Sequence record: OR413581.1
Direction: 5' to 3' (one strand)
DNA length: 64,000 nt
Position 1 is the first letter of the stretch. Each line of letters begins with the position of its first letter. Below the pieces are notes generated by a model, which ran no database searches, had not been told where the DNA came from, and saw only the letters and a program-made list of their open reading frames with translations. Made by a program: the position numbers and the translations under genes. Below are positions 1-8,061 of this stretch, in pieces.

Positions 1-21
1 GATATATATTACCTAGGTGAG
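1..21 (+). promoter_or_regulatory. Early-type phage promoter motif (copy 1)
   Basis: GATATATATTACCTAGGTGAG contains TATATTAC (5-12), the described phiKZ early promoter core; matches 58036-58056 at 20 of 21 positions. Truncated by the window edge. Confidence 0.75.
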
Positions 22-42
22 AGTTAAGAGATTAACTCAACT

Positions 43-70
43 GGCTACCCTCGGGTAGCCTATTCTTTTT
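43..70 (+). terminator. Intrinsic terminator
   Basis: GGCTACC-CTCG-GGTAGCC followed by TATTCTTTTT. Confidence 0.8.
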
Positions 71-96
71 TAAACCAATCGACTATAGAGTAAAAC

Positions 97-498
97 ATGA
101 CTATCAAGAAGTTCTTACAAGCAGTAGTAGTTCTGGCCGCATGTGGTATTGCAGCAACTTATGCTTTCGATAAGCCAGACGTGACTGAATACACATCAGC
201 TGATTCGGATTATGGCATTGCACCGAATGAAAAACCGGAACTGATGCGTGAGGTCGAACAGTTACAAATCTACAGACTGACGGACGGTAAGAACTGCACA
301 GGGCTGGTTATCGCTGATAAGAAATTGAAAATGTATCAGCGGTTAATCGACATATCGTGCAATCAACCAAAAGTCACCTCGGTCAGTGTATCGCCACTGG
401 AATTACCGAATTTGGTTGCTGTGAGCTTTTATCACAACGATGTGCTCGTCGGTCGCATCACCCTCAATCGTGGAGATATCAAAAATGAAATGCAATAA
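97..498 (+). CDS. Secreted/periplasmic hypothetical protein
   Basis: 133 aa; basic N-terminus, hydrophobic core and ATYA signal-peptidase-like site; two Cys. Confidence 0.75.
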   Translation: MTIKKFLQAVVVLAACGIAATYAFDKPDVTEYTSADSDYGIAPNEKPELMREVEQLQIYRLTDGKNCTGLVIADKKLKMYQRLIDISCNQPKVTSVSVSPLELPNLVAVSFYHNDVLVGRITLNRGDIKNEMQ

Positions 499-976
499 CG
501 TTAATCGCCACTTGGCCAAAGTGGTGCTTTTTACTGTGCTGTTGATGGCAGTTGTTGTTGGGCTACGGATTTCTAAGGCACGCGCTGACGAATTCAGCGG
601 GTTCCAGGGCAGCATTAACGGCAGCATTCCAGCATATACCCGCACCATCAATCTTAATGATAAGCCGTTCTGGTGCAATGCGCGTAAGCTGCTTAAGAAA
701 CAGTGTCGTGTAGTTGACATATCCTTCAACGGTCGTGTCGCTATCGTACACCGTCCGGGCGATAAAGATTGCCCAGGTGGTTGGTGGGGTGCAGTCGACC
801 GTCACAATGGTGACGCGTTATGGCTTATCCCTAATCGTGATGAACTATCAGTGGAGAAAATTTGCAGCAAAGATTTCAGAGCCGGTTTTGTACAGCGACC
901 GGATACCAAAACTCTGGCCTCCATCGCTATGTACTACGGTATGGAAACCATCAAAACAATCGACTATTCAGAATAA
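485..976 (+). CDS. Secreted 4-Cys protein, paralog A
   Basis: ATG at 485 overlaps the upstream gene end; signal peptide ending ARA; PFWC..C..C..C pattern shared with the next two genes. Confidence 0.75.
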   Translation: MKCNNVNRHLAKVVLFTVLLMAVVVGLRISKARADEFSGFQGSINGSIPAYTRTINLNDKPFWCNARKLLKKQCRVVDISFNGRVAIVHRPGDKDCPGGWWGAVDRHNGDALWLIPNRDELSVEKICSKDFRAGFVQRPDTKTLASIAMYYGMETIKTIDYSE

Positions 977-998
977 CTCAAAAAATTGAGGTGCTATT

Positions 999-1409
999 AT
1001 GAAACATTTTTTATTACCAGTTTTACTTGCTACTCTGGCCATTAGCTTCTTCGCTCGCGCTGGGAGTATCGAGTTACCAAAAGTTGTTAACGATCACGAA
1101 TACGGCGGGCCGTTCTGGTGCCAGAACTCTGACGTACAAGGCGGTAGCTGCCAGATCGTTGCGATGTCCGATAACAACCGTTACCTGTTAGTGAAAACGA
1201 TGGGCGGTGTCGCATGTGGCGACCCTGAATACGGGGTTATTAACATGGCAACCGGGCAAGCCGAATCCATGAACTATAATGATAACCAAGCCTGCAGTGG
1301 TGAAGCCGTTGCTGAGTTTACACGCGACCCAGGCGACAATGCCCTGACGGTTATCATGTACGACCCTACGATTAAGAAAAACGTAGGCATCAATAAACTC
1401 GACTTTTAA
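999..1409 (+). CDS. Secreted 4-Cys protein, paralog B
   Basis: SD GAGGT; signal peptide ending ARA; PFWC..C..C..C. Confidence 0.8.
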   Translation: MKHFLLPVLLATLAISFFARAGSIELPKVVNDHEYGGPFWCQNSDVQGGSCQIVAMSDNNRYLLVKTMGGVACGDPEYGVINMATGQAESMNYNDNQACSGEAVAEFTRDPGDNALTVIMYDPTIKKNVGINKLDF

Positions 1410-1422
1410 GTAAGGAAACAAC

Positions 1423-1806
1423 ATGCGTGGATTTATGGGTATTATCGCGGCGGTGTTCTTGACCGCTTCTGCTTCAGCTACAACCAGCGTAGAAGATTTA
1501 CTGCCAGGCACACCGTATCAGTACAACCCGCCTTCATTCGAAGTCTGTACTGGCGACGATGGCAGATGTGAAGAAGTCAGCCGTCACGACGAGTATATCC
1601 TGGTCCACGCAAAGGGCGAGGAAACTTGTCCGGCTGGTTACTACTTCTTGTTGAACTCAAAGGCACAAGAGATTGTGCCAGTAGAGACAATAACGTGCGA
1701 CCCGACGCTTCGCGCGTCGCTCGCTTACAATACGAAAACCAAACAACGCCTCCTGGTTATTGAACAGCAAGGGGTGGTGCGTGGTTCAGTAGCGCTCGAC
1801 CAGTAA
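1423..1806 (+). CDS. Secreted 4-Cys protein, paralog C
   Basis: SD AAGGA; signal peptide ending ASA; same Cys spacing. Confidence 0.8.
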   Translation: MRGFMGIIAAVFLTASASATTSVEDLLPGTPYQYNPPSFEVCTGDDGRCEEVSRHDEYILVHAKGEETCPAGYYFLLNSKAQEIVPVETITCDPTLRASLAYNTKTKQRLLVIEQQGVVRGSVALDQ

Positions 1807-1808
1807 CC

Positions 1809-1840
1809 GAAAAGTTTTCAGACAGATGTTATAACGTGAG
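1809..1840 (+). promoter_or_regulatory. Early-type promoter motif (copy 2)
   Basis: GAAAAGTTTTCAGACAGATGTTATAACGTGAG aligns with CAAAAAGAACTCAGACAGATATTATC at 25401 and ends in GTGAG like copies 1 and 7. Confidence 0.6.
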
Positions 1841-1860
1841 ATGACGACCCATCTCACTTT

Positions 1861-1905
1861 GGCCCTGCGGTGATTTCCCCAACACTTAGCCGCAGGGTCC
1901 TTTTT
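1861..1905 (+). terminator. Terminator-like hairpin in 5' leader
   Basis: GGCCCTGCGGT / GCCGCAGGGTC 11-bp stem (2 GU pairs) followed by CTTTTT. Confidence 0.55.
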
Positions 1906-1935
1906 AATCGACTATTACTCGTAAGGATTAAGCAA

Positions 1936-2436
1936 ATGAACATGAACATTCTCGACGATACCCGTTCTTCTTTCTTTACTCAGATGAACGTCAATCCCGA
2001 ACGTACCCGTGCCATTCTTTCCACTGGCTGGAAGTTAAAGCTGTTAGGCGAGTTAACCCTAAACCGCACCGACTGGCCAGAAGAAGCGACCGTATTGATT
2101 AACAGCATTCACAGCGAGTGGCTAGATGCTGCGTTGAATGCCCCACAACTACGTCCGTACTATCGGATGCTTCATGCGGGTTATGAAGTATACCGCAAAG
2201 GTTGGTACGCTGCAGCCACTTATTGCAAAACCCCTGAAGGTCGTGAAGACAACACTGTCGACCACGTATTAGTAAACAATTTCTGGGGCGACCAAATCGA
2301 AGTCTTACAACTTTCCACCGGTGACCGTATTCCGGCCTGTGAGTTATTCGAAACTAACGCACAAATGTACGAACCATATGCAATGATTCGTGGCCGTAAG
2401 GTCCCAATCATTTCCCTTATGCATATGGGGCTGTAA
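1936..2436 (+). CDS. Hypothetical protein
   Basis: Open frame; SD AAGGA supports ATG 1936 rather than GTG 1870. Confidence 0.75.
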   Translation: MNMNILDDTRSSFFTQMNVNPERTRAILSTGWKLKLLGELTLNRTDWPEEATVLINSIHSEWLDAALNAPQLRPYYRMLHAGYEVYRKGWYAAATYCKTPEGREDNTVDHVLVNNFWGDQIEVLQLSTGDRIPACELFETNAQMYEPYAMIRGRKVPIISLMHMGL

Positions 2437-2443
2437 ATACGAG

Positions 2444-2473
2444 AGGTAGCCTACGGGCTACCTTCTTTTTTTG
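2444..2473 (+). terminator. Intrinsic terminator
   Basis: AGGTAGCC-TACG-GGCTACCT then TCTTTTTTT; UNCG loop. Confidence 0.9.
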
Positions 2474-2490
2474 TTGAAGAAGGATTAAAC

Positions 2491-3117
2491 ATGAACGAGA
2501 TTACCCTGATTCGTTTCATCGACGACATGGTGACGTGTCAGAAAGCGAATCGTCAGGATACCAAACTGCGTATCAATCTGATGGAAGAAGAGGTAGAAGG
2601 GTTTCTGGAATACCCGCGATTGGTGAAGTGGTTTAAAGAAGCGCTGCCGCGTAGCTGGGAACAGCTAGAAGCGTGGTTTGCTCTACCTATTGCAGAACGT
2701 AATCCCAATAATACGATCTTCACCGGAACTACTGCATTAGATTTGGCTGGTTCGGTGGAGCAACCTAAACGTTTAGTTTTCTTCTACGTCAATGGCGATT
2801 CAATAATGGCTGATACAGTTAACTGGATTTCCGATGAGTTAACTGTAAACACCACTTTGGTCGGTAGCGCTGCTGATGCCTGGGTTGTTGGTCAGCACCA
2901 ATCGCAACCGTACGAAGAAATCAAAACCGGTTATTTAATCCCGATATATCTCGACGGCGTGGCACCGGGTCGTAGCGCAGAACTGTTCAAATTCCTGCTT
3001 ACTGAAACGTTAAAGGTTGTCGATTCTGATGCCGGACGTGCGTGGTACGAATTAACCAAAGAGCGCACCGATAGTTTTTGGGAATCACTCGGACACCGTA
3101 AGTTTATTCCGCAATAA
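2491..3117 (+). CDS. Hypothetical protein, possible degenerate GNAT at C-terminus
   Basis: SD AAGGA; C-terminal PGRSAELFKFLL...DSFWESLGH resembles GNAT motifs A/B. Confidence 0.65.
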   Translation: MNEITLIRFIDDMVTCQKANRQDTKLRINLMEEEVEGFLEYPRLVKWFKEALPRSWEQLEAWFALPIAERNPNNTIFTGTTALDLAGSVEQPKRLVFFYVNGDSIMADTVNWISDELTVNTTLVGSAADAWVVGQHQSQPYEEIKTGYLIPIYLDGVAPGRSAELFKFLLTETLKVVDSDAGRAWYELTKERTDSFWESLGHRKFIPQ

Positions 3118-3127
3118 CTCTCCTCTC

Positions 3128-3160
3128 TGGAACCCTTCGGGGTTCCATTTCTTCTTTTTT
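3128..3160 (+). terminator. Intrinsic terminator
   Basis: TGGAACCC-TTCG-GGGTTCCA followed by a T-rich tract. Confidence 0.9.
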
Positions 3161-3213
3161 ACGCATGACCTTTTGGATATGAACGACTAATACTTTCTCA
3201 TTAGAAGGCAAAC

Positions 3214-5724
3214 ATGCTCAAGGTCGAACGTATCATTTTGAAAGGATTTACCGGCATGGGGTTACATGAAATCGAAACGTTTGATTTCACCCTTAAGTCA
3301 ACCGTTACCATCATCCTCGGTGGCAACGGCTGCGGTAAAACAAGCCTCCTATCTGTTTTTCTCCCCTTAGCTCCAGCAAAATCTGAATTCCGTGAAGGTG
3401 GTTCTTACACTAACTACGCGTTAGTCGGGGACGACCGTCTTAAGTTTGAAGTCCTGCGACGTGGGTCTTCTTTGTCTTGTAGTATTTTCAATATCACTAA
3501 AGGTGTCTCCATCGTAGACTCGGTAAACGCCAAAGTTTACAACTCCATGGTGGAGCAATTAACCGGAATCACCAAAGAAATCAAAGAGTTAATTAATGGT
3601 GAGACCTTATTAACTGACGCCACTACCGAAGTTCGTCGTAAATGGTTTACGTTAATGTCAGAATCTGATCTGACGTACGTTGTTGGTTGTTATCGTCGTC
3701 TGCGTAAACTCGCTTCCAGTTTAAGTGGGGCCATTGAGCACACCGGCCGTAAAATCGGTGAGGCAAAAATGCGCGTGGTGGACGATGAAGAAGATCGTGC
3801 ACGTTTGGAAGTTCGTTTGAAAGAACTGGACGTTGAGCTTCAGGAACTAAACCGCACCATTGAAGCGAGACCCGGTTTAGATAACGCCGTTTCGGTTGAT
3901 AGTATCCGGAAACGCATTGCTTCGTTGCAACCGGCTGTAAAACTCATTATGGAACGTTATGGCGTTCTGCCTTCTGACGAACTGATTAACGAGTTTCAAA
4001 GTCGTGTGGTTGCCTGGCGTGAGCAAGCTGCCTCTGCTGAAACTGAATGCAACATGTACAATAAAGAGTTGTCACAGTTACTGGATGAGGAGTCGCGTCA
4101 AGCGTATCTGATGCGCAACCATACCGGTCTAAAACAAACAATCGACAGCTTAAAACAGGAACTGGCAACGTTCCAACAGAACTGGATGTTCCCGGCTCTG
4201 TTTGAAGGTACCCGCATTGATGTGGATAGCATTCAGAACGCGTTAAACGATGCCTGTAACTGGAATTTACCGTTGTCCATGCATTTGGACCAGTTAAAGA
4301 CAACAGATCGCCTGGGAGCGTTAGAGAAGCGTTTACAGGGTATGGATTTAACCTCTGCGGGTCTATCTGAAAAGCTGCAACGTTGTGAGAATGTGCTACA
4401 CGGTTTATACCACGACCGTCAACACTTCTTAGAAACTGCAGAAGTTGATTGTCCACAGTGTAACCACCGTTTCCGTCCTGGGATTCGTAAGTCGTTACCT
4501 GAAATTGAAAAGGCCATCAACGATAATGAAGGTTGGAAGAAGCAGCTGAAAGACGAAATGGATAGTCTTTTGCGTGACCGCAAAGAGATTGAAGAGGACG
4601 TCCGTAGCTTACGTACGATTCGCGAAATTGTCATGTCGTATTCCAATCATCCCGTTGTCGGTTTGTTTTTCCGTAAACTGCAGGAGCTGGATATCTTCAC
4701 CACGTCGCGGGATCGTTATGGTGCCATTGCACGTGCCTTTACCGAAGAGCTAGATTCGGCCATGATGTATCTGCGTCAATCGGCGAAGCTTGCAACAGCG
4801 GAACGGGAATGGCAAGAGGCTGTTGCCGCAGTAGGTAATGTTGATGGTGCGCTGAGTCAGAAAATTGAACACATCCGTTCACAACTAGACGGGGCTAACC
4901 GTCGACTGATAGAATACCGCAGACAAGCCAATGAGCTGGAACGCGAAACCACCCAACTGCAACAAACCAAAGAAGCAATCGAACGTTTCCAAAAAGGCTA
5001 CGAACATCTGGTATCGGAAATGAACATCTCCGTTAACAACGTCGTGGTTCGCGAGTTGTTAAACCGACGCGAAGCGAAGCTCGATGCGTACACTTCCGCT
5101 CGTGAACGGTTTCGTCAAATGGAAGGGGCTATTGCACGTTTAGCGGAATTGGAAAAAGAGCAAGCTGAGTTGCTCAAAGAACACCATCATGCCAGATTGA
5201 TTATCAATGCCGTCTCACCCGAAAAAGGATTATTGCGTCGTTACTTTTATGCTGCGATTACCCGCATCATGGATTTAATGAATCGGTATATCGAAATGGT
5301 GTGGGCATATCCGATGCAGGTTATTCCATGCGATCTAACCGACGGGGATTTGGATTATACTTTCCCGGTGCGATTAAAAGACCATGAAGAACTGGTGCCG
5401 GATGTGAAGAAAGGTTCGAAGGCACAGCGTATTATCTTTAACATGATGTTTCGTTTAACGGCGTATAAAGCGCTTGGTTTACAAAACTATCCTTTGTTAT
5501 TGGATGAACCCTCTGAAGGCATGGATGAAGAACACAAAAATCGACTGGTCAACTTCATTAAATCGTTGGCGTTGTCGGGAGAGTTTTCTCAATTGCTGGT
5601 CGTTTCGCATGAAGCGGAAGTTCATTCTAAACTTAACGAAGCCACCTACTGTGTCGTAGAACCAGAAGGTGTAACGCTTCCACCGGTGTATAACGAAGGG
5701 GTAATAATCAAATATGCATCATAA
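3214..5724 (+). CDS. sbcC: SbcC/Rad50-like SMC ATPase
   Basis: Walker A GGNGCGKTS, long coiled coils, central CPQC zinc hook, Walker B LLLDEP, H-switch VVSH. Confidence 0.92.
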   Translation: MLKVERIILKGFTGMGLHEIETFDFTLKSTVTIILGGNGCGKTSLLSVFLPLAPAKSEFREGGSYTNYALVGDDRLKFEVLRRGSSLSCSIFNITKGVSIVDSVNAKVYNSMVEQLTGITKEIKELINGETLLTDATTEVRRKWFTLMSESDLTYVVGCYRRLRKLASSLSGAIEHTGRKIGEAKMRVVDDEEDRARLEVRLKELDVELQELNRTIEARPGLDNAVSVDSIRKRIASLQPAVKLIMERYGVLPSDELINEFQSRVVAWREQAASAETECNMYNKELSQLLDEESRQAYLMRNHTGLKQTIDSLKQELATFQQNWMFPALFEGTRIDVDSIQNALNDACNWNLPLSMHLDQLKTTDRLGALEKRLQGMDLTSAGLSEKLQRCENVLHGLYHDRQHFLETAEVDCPQCNHRFRPGIRKSLPEIEKAINDNEGWKKQLKDEMDSLLRDRKEIEEDVRSLRTIREIVMSYSNHPVVGLFFRKLQELDIFTTSRDRYGAIARAFTEELDSAMMYLRQSAKLATAEREWQEAVAAVGNVDGALSQKIEHIRSQLDGANRRLIEYRRQANELERETTQLQQTKEAIERFQKGYEHLVSEMNISVNNVVVRELLNRREAKLDAYTSARERFRQMEGAIARLAELEKEQAELLKEHHHARLIINAVSPEKGLLRRYFYAAITRIMDLMNRYIEMVWAYPMQVIPCDLTDGDLDYTFPVRLKDHEELVPDVKKGSKAQRIIFNMMFRLTAYKALGLQNYPLLLDEPSEGMDEEHKNRLVNFIKSLALSGEFSQLLVVSHEAEVHSKLNEATYCVVEPEGVTLPPVYNEGVIIKYAS

Positions 5725-5905
5725 AGGTTGGCGCTTATGGGCTTGGTGGGGTTTTCAGTTCCTTCAGTTTGTTGTGATGGTACTGTACCTCTCCTTTTGT
5801 GCAGCCGTGGTGGTTATCGCTGCGGTTGTCTATTTAGCCTCTGCTCTTAAAGAACGCCTTTTTGACACGCGTTGTGAGTGGCGAGATATAGGAGAACGGA
5901 CATGA
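5714..5905 (+). CDS. Small membrane protein
   Basis: 63 aa, long hydrophobic segment; overlaps sbcC end. Confidence 0.6.
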   Translation: MHHKGWRLWAWWGFQFLQFVVMVLYLSFCAAVVVIAAVVYLASALKERLFDTRCEWRDIGERT

Positions 5906-6006
5906 TTGAAGGTATCGTATTAACCGGTATTGCACTGTGGTTGATTCGTGGTGCCTGGGGTTGGATTATCCGCACGAAAGGATGGGCATTCCATGGCAAG
6001 ACGTAA
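5902..6006 (+). CDS. Tiny membrane peptide (34 aa, not in ORF track)
   Basis: MIEGIVLTGIALWLIRGAWGWIIRTKGWAFHGKT; SD GGAGA; ATGA overlap with upstream stop. Confidence 0.6.
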   Translation: MIEGIVLTGIALWLIRGAWGWIIRTKGWAFHGKT

Positions 6007-6196
6007 ACCTGGTCGTTTAAAGTTTTGGGCAGTTGTGGTAATGCACACTGTGGTGCTACTCGGTATTTTCATGTCTCGCGCTACGCCTGCCTTTTGGGGC
6101 TTAGTTGTTTTGGTGTTCTTAGAAGGGGTTTACTTCGGTAATCTGTGGAGCAAGCCCCCGCGTTTAAGGGACCCGGCTTATGACAGTCGTGAATAG
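5993..6196 (+). CDS. Small two-TM membrane protein
   Basis: MARRKPGRLKFW... two hydrophobic helices; ATG 5993 preferred over GTG 5948. Confidence 0.65.
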   Translation: MARRKPGRLKFWAVVVMHTVVLLGIFMSRATPAFWGLVVLVFLEGVYFGNLWSKPPRLRDPAYDSRE

Positions 6197-6311
6197 TGTC
6201 AACGCAGCCATGATTGCAACAGGTGCGTATGATGGTGCCACCTGGACAGACCTTGGCATTACGATTATCATCTGTGCAATCGGAGCATTTCTGGCATCAT
6301 GGTTATTTTAG
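6189..6311 (+). CDS. Tiny membrane peptide (40 aa, not in ORF track)
   Basis: GTG start overlapping upstream gene end; C-terminal LGITIIICAIGAFLASWLF helix; start uncertain (alternative ATG 6210). Confidence 0.5.
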   Translation: MNSVNAAMIATGAYDGATWTDLGITIIICAIGAFLASWLF

Positions 6312-6406
6312 TGAAGTGGGTTGGGTGTATCATCTGTAGCCTGGTACTAGGAGCAGGCGCATACGCCCTAGGCGCAATCCTTGCATTGACGCAAGGTTGG
6401 TTTTAA
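6311..6406 (+). CDS. Tiny membrane peptide (31 aa, not in ORF track)
   Basis: MKWVGCIICSLVLGAGAYALGAILALTQGWF; TAGTG stop/start overlap. Confidence 0.5.
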   Translation: MKWVGCIICSLVLGAGAYALGAILALTQGWF

Positions 6407-6424
6407 CAGGAGGGTAATTACGAA

Positions 6425-6703
6425 GTGGGAGAAGTATCATGTGACAGTGAAACAGTCTCTGATCCCGTGGTCGTGGGTTCAGGGGCGGCCGAGCCAACCC
6501 GGCGTATCGTTCTTTCGAGCGTGGGGATGGCTATAGGGTCTTCAAAGAACCTTCTAGCAGACATCGCGGAAGTCTGCGGGCCGGATGATTTTGCAGTTTC
6601 ACGCACAGTCGGGGAAGACTGGCGTGGTAATCAGAAGCGCCATGAGCGAATGTGGCGACGGAAGGTTACCTCAGCATCGCGACGTTTTCAACGACGTTGC
6701 TGA
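6425..6703 (+). CDS. Hypothetical protein, basic C-terminus
   Basis: Only sizeable forward frame in the interval; GGAGGG upstream but distant. Confidence 0.4.
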   Translation: MGEVSCDSETVSDPVVVGSGAAEPTRRIVLSSVGMAIGSSKNLLADIAEVCGPDDFAVSRTVGEDWRGNQKRHERMWRRKVTSASRRFQRRC

Positions 6704-6849
6704 TTAAAGACACGGTTCCGATAGAGAACTGGTCTTTACCTGCAGCGGTATACACCGCTAAGCTTTACCGGTAAACTTAAGAAAACACAAACGCAATTCT
6801 TCGTTACTCGCTTTCATCGCAGGTGAAAGCTCACTTAGGAATTCAGCTC

Positions 6850-7338
6850 ATGGCCGAAATTGTCATTCTTTCCTCATCCTCAGATTTAACGGAAGCACAA
6901 AATAAACAGCTGTTGGGGCTGCATTATAAATTTCTGAACCACCAACGTACCATACTCCATATCGAAAAAGGTGAGATTCCGAACCTCACTCTGGAGAAAC
7001 TGTTGGCGGGGAACCGTGCTTGTGTTGCTCTGGAAGGGGGTACCCCTGTTGGTTACTGTTTGTATCGCGTAATCGCTGGGGTTCTGAAGATTCGTACGAT
7101 GTTCGTGTCTGAAATGGCACGCCGTCGTAAAACGATGACGCAGATTTTTGATGCGCTTGATGTGAATGAACAGTTCACCAGTGCGCATGGGGGAATATAC
7201 GCTTGCCAGGAAGCTGGTATTGCGTTCTTTACCGCTCGCGGTTTTGACAAGACCGTCTCTACCGACGGACAATGGCTTGAATTTAAGAAGCAGGTTCTTG
7301 CGGAAGCAGATGAACCTTTAAGGACTGCGGTAGCATAG
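6850..7338 (+). CDS. GNAT-family acetyltransferase
   Basis: PVGYCLY...LKIRTMFVSEMARRRK...AGIAFFTARGF matches GNAT beta4/motif A/motif B; SD AGGA supports ATG 6850. Confidence 0.7.
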   Translation: MAEIVILSSSSDLTEAQNKQLLGLHYKFLNHQRTILHIEKGEIPNLTLEKLLAGNRACVALEGGTPVGYCLYRVIAGVLKIRTMFVSEMARRRKTMTQIFDALDVNEQFTSAHGGIYACQEAGIAFFTARGFDKTVSTDGQWLEFKKQVLAEADEPLRTAVA

Positions 7339-7408
7339 TCCTGTTTTAGCACTCCTTACGATTATGCCTCACTATGAGTGGGGTATTTTTACGCGAGGAG
7401 TGCTATTT

Positions 7409-7627
7409 ATGTTTCACCGTCCTGGGTTTTCAGCTTTAAACACCGATGTCTGTTGGGCTGAGTACGAGCGGGTGAATGAGTTCTTACCCGTAAATCCTAA
7501 ACACATCAACGTGGGTACTATCGGGCGTGTTGCGTTCGATGATACTCCGCTGAGTACGTGTATTAAAGCAGCGCTTGGTACGCTGCCTGAGCCTCACCAC
7601 CACGACTGGGAGGCAACTTTACCCTAA
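7409..7627 (+). CDS. Small protein with EF-Tu G1-like motif
   Basis: SD GAGGAG; contains PKHINVGTIGRV. Confidence 0.7.
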   Translation: MFHRPGFSALNTDVCWAEYERVNEFLPVNPKHINVGTIGRVAFDDTPLSTCIKAALGTLPEPHHHDWEATLP

Positions 7628-7638
7628 GGAGCATTAAA

Positions 7639-8061
7639 ATGGTTACCGCTATTCGCGAAACAAAATCACTATACGATCATTTATCAGAAGAAGAAACAGC
7701 CTTATTCTACGACCTGTTACCTGAAACCAAAGCAAATGTTCAGTGGTGGTTACGTTTAGCGCTACGTGATAAAGTTGGGGAAACGCCGGTTAGTATTCTC
7801 GCGCACACGTTGGACATGACGCCCATGATTGAAATCGCGATTACCCGCCCTAAATTCTGGCGGCCTGGTATGGTGCGTGAGGCGTATCTACTCCAACGCT
7901 TAGGTGTTGACCCGGAGAAGTGTTGGCGTAAGATGGACGACCATCGCTACCGTGAAGAAATTACGAATAGCCTCAACACTATGTTGGCAATGAAACGGCT
8001 CGGTATCGAACACGAAGGTTTCGAGTCAGCGGTAAAAGCCTGGGTGAAAAGGAATAGCTAA
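7639..8061 (+). CDS. Hypothetical protein
   Basis: SD AAGGAG; 140-aa open frame. Confidence 0.8.
   Translation: MVTAIRETKSLYDHLSEEETALFYDLLPETKANVQWWLRLALRDKVGETPVSILAHTLDMTPMIEIAITRPKFWRPGMVREAYLLQRLGVDPEKCWRKMDDHRYREEITNSLNTMLAMKRLGIEHEGFESAVKAWVKRNS

Noticed and set aside
3986-4646. Minus-strand ORFs within sbcC
   Set aside because: Antisense shadows of a well-supported gene
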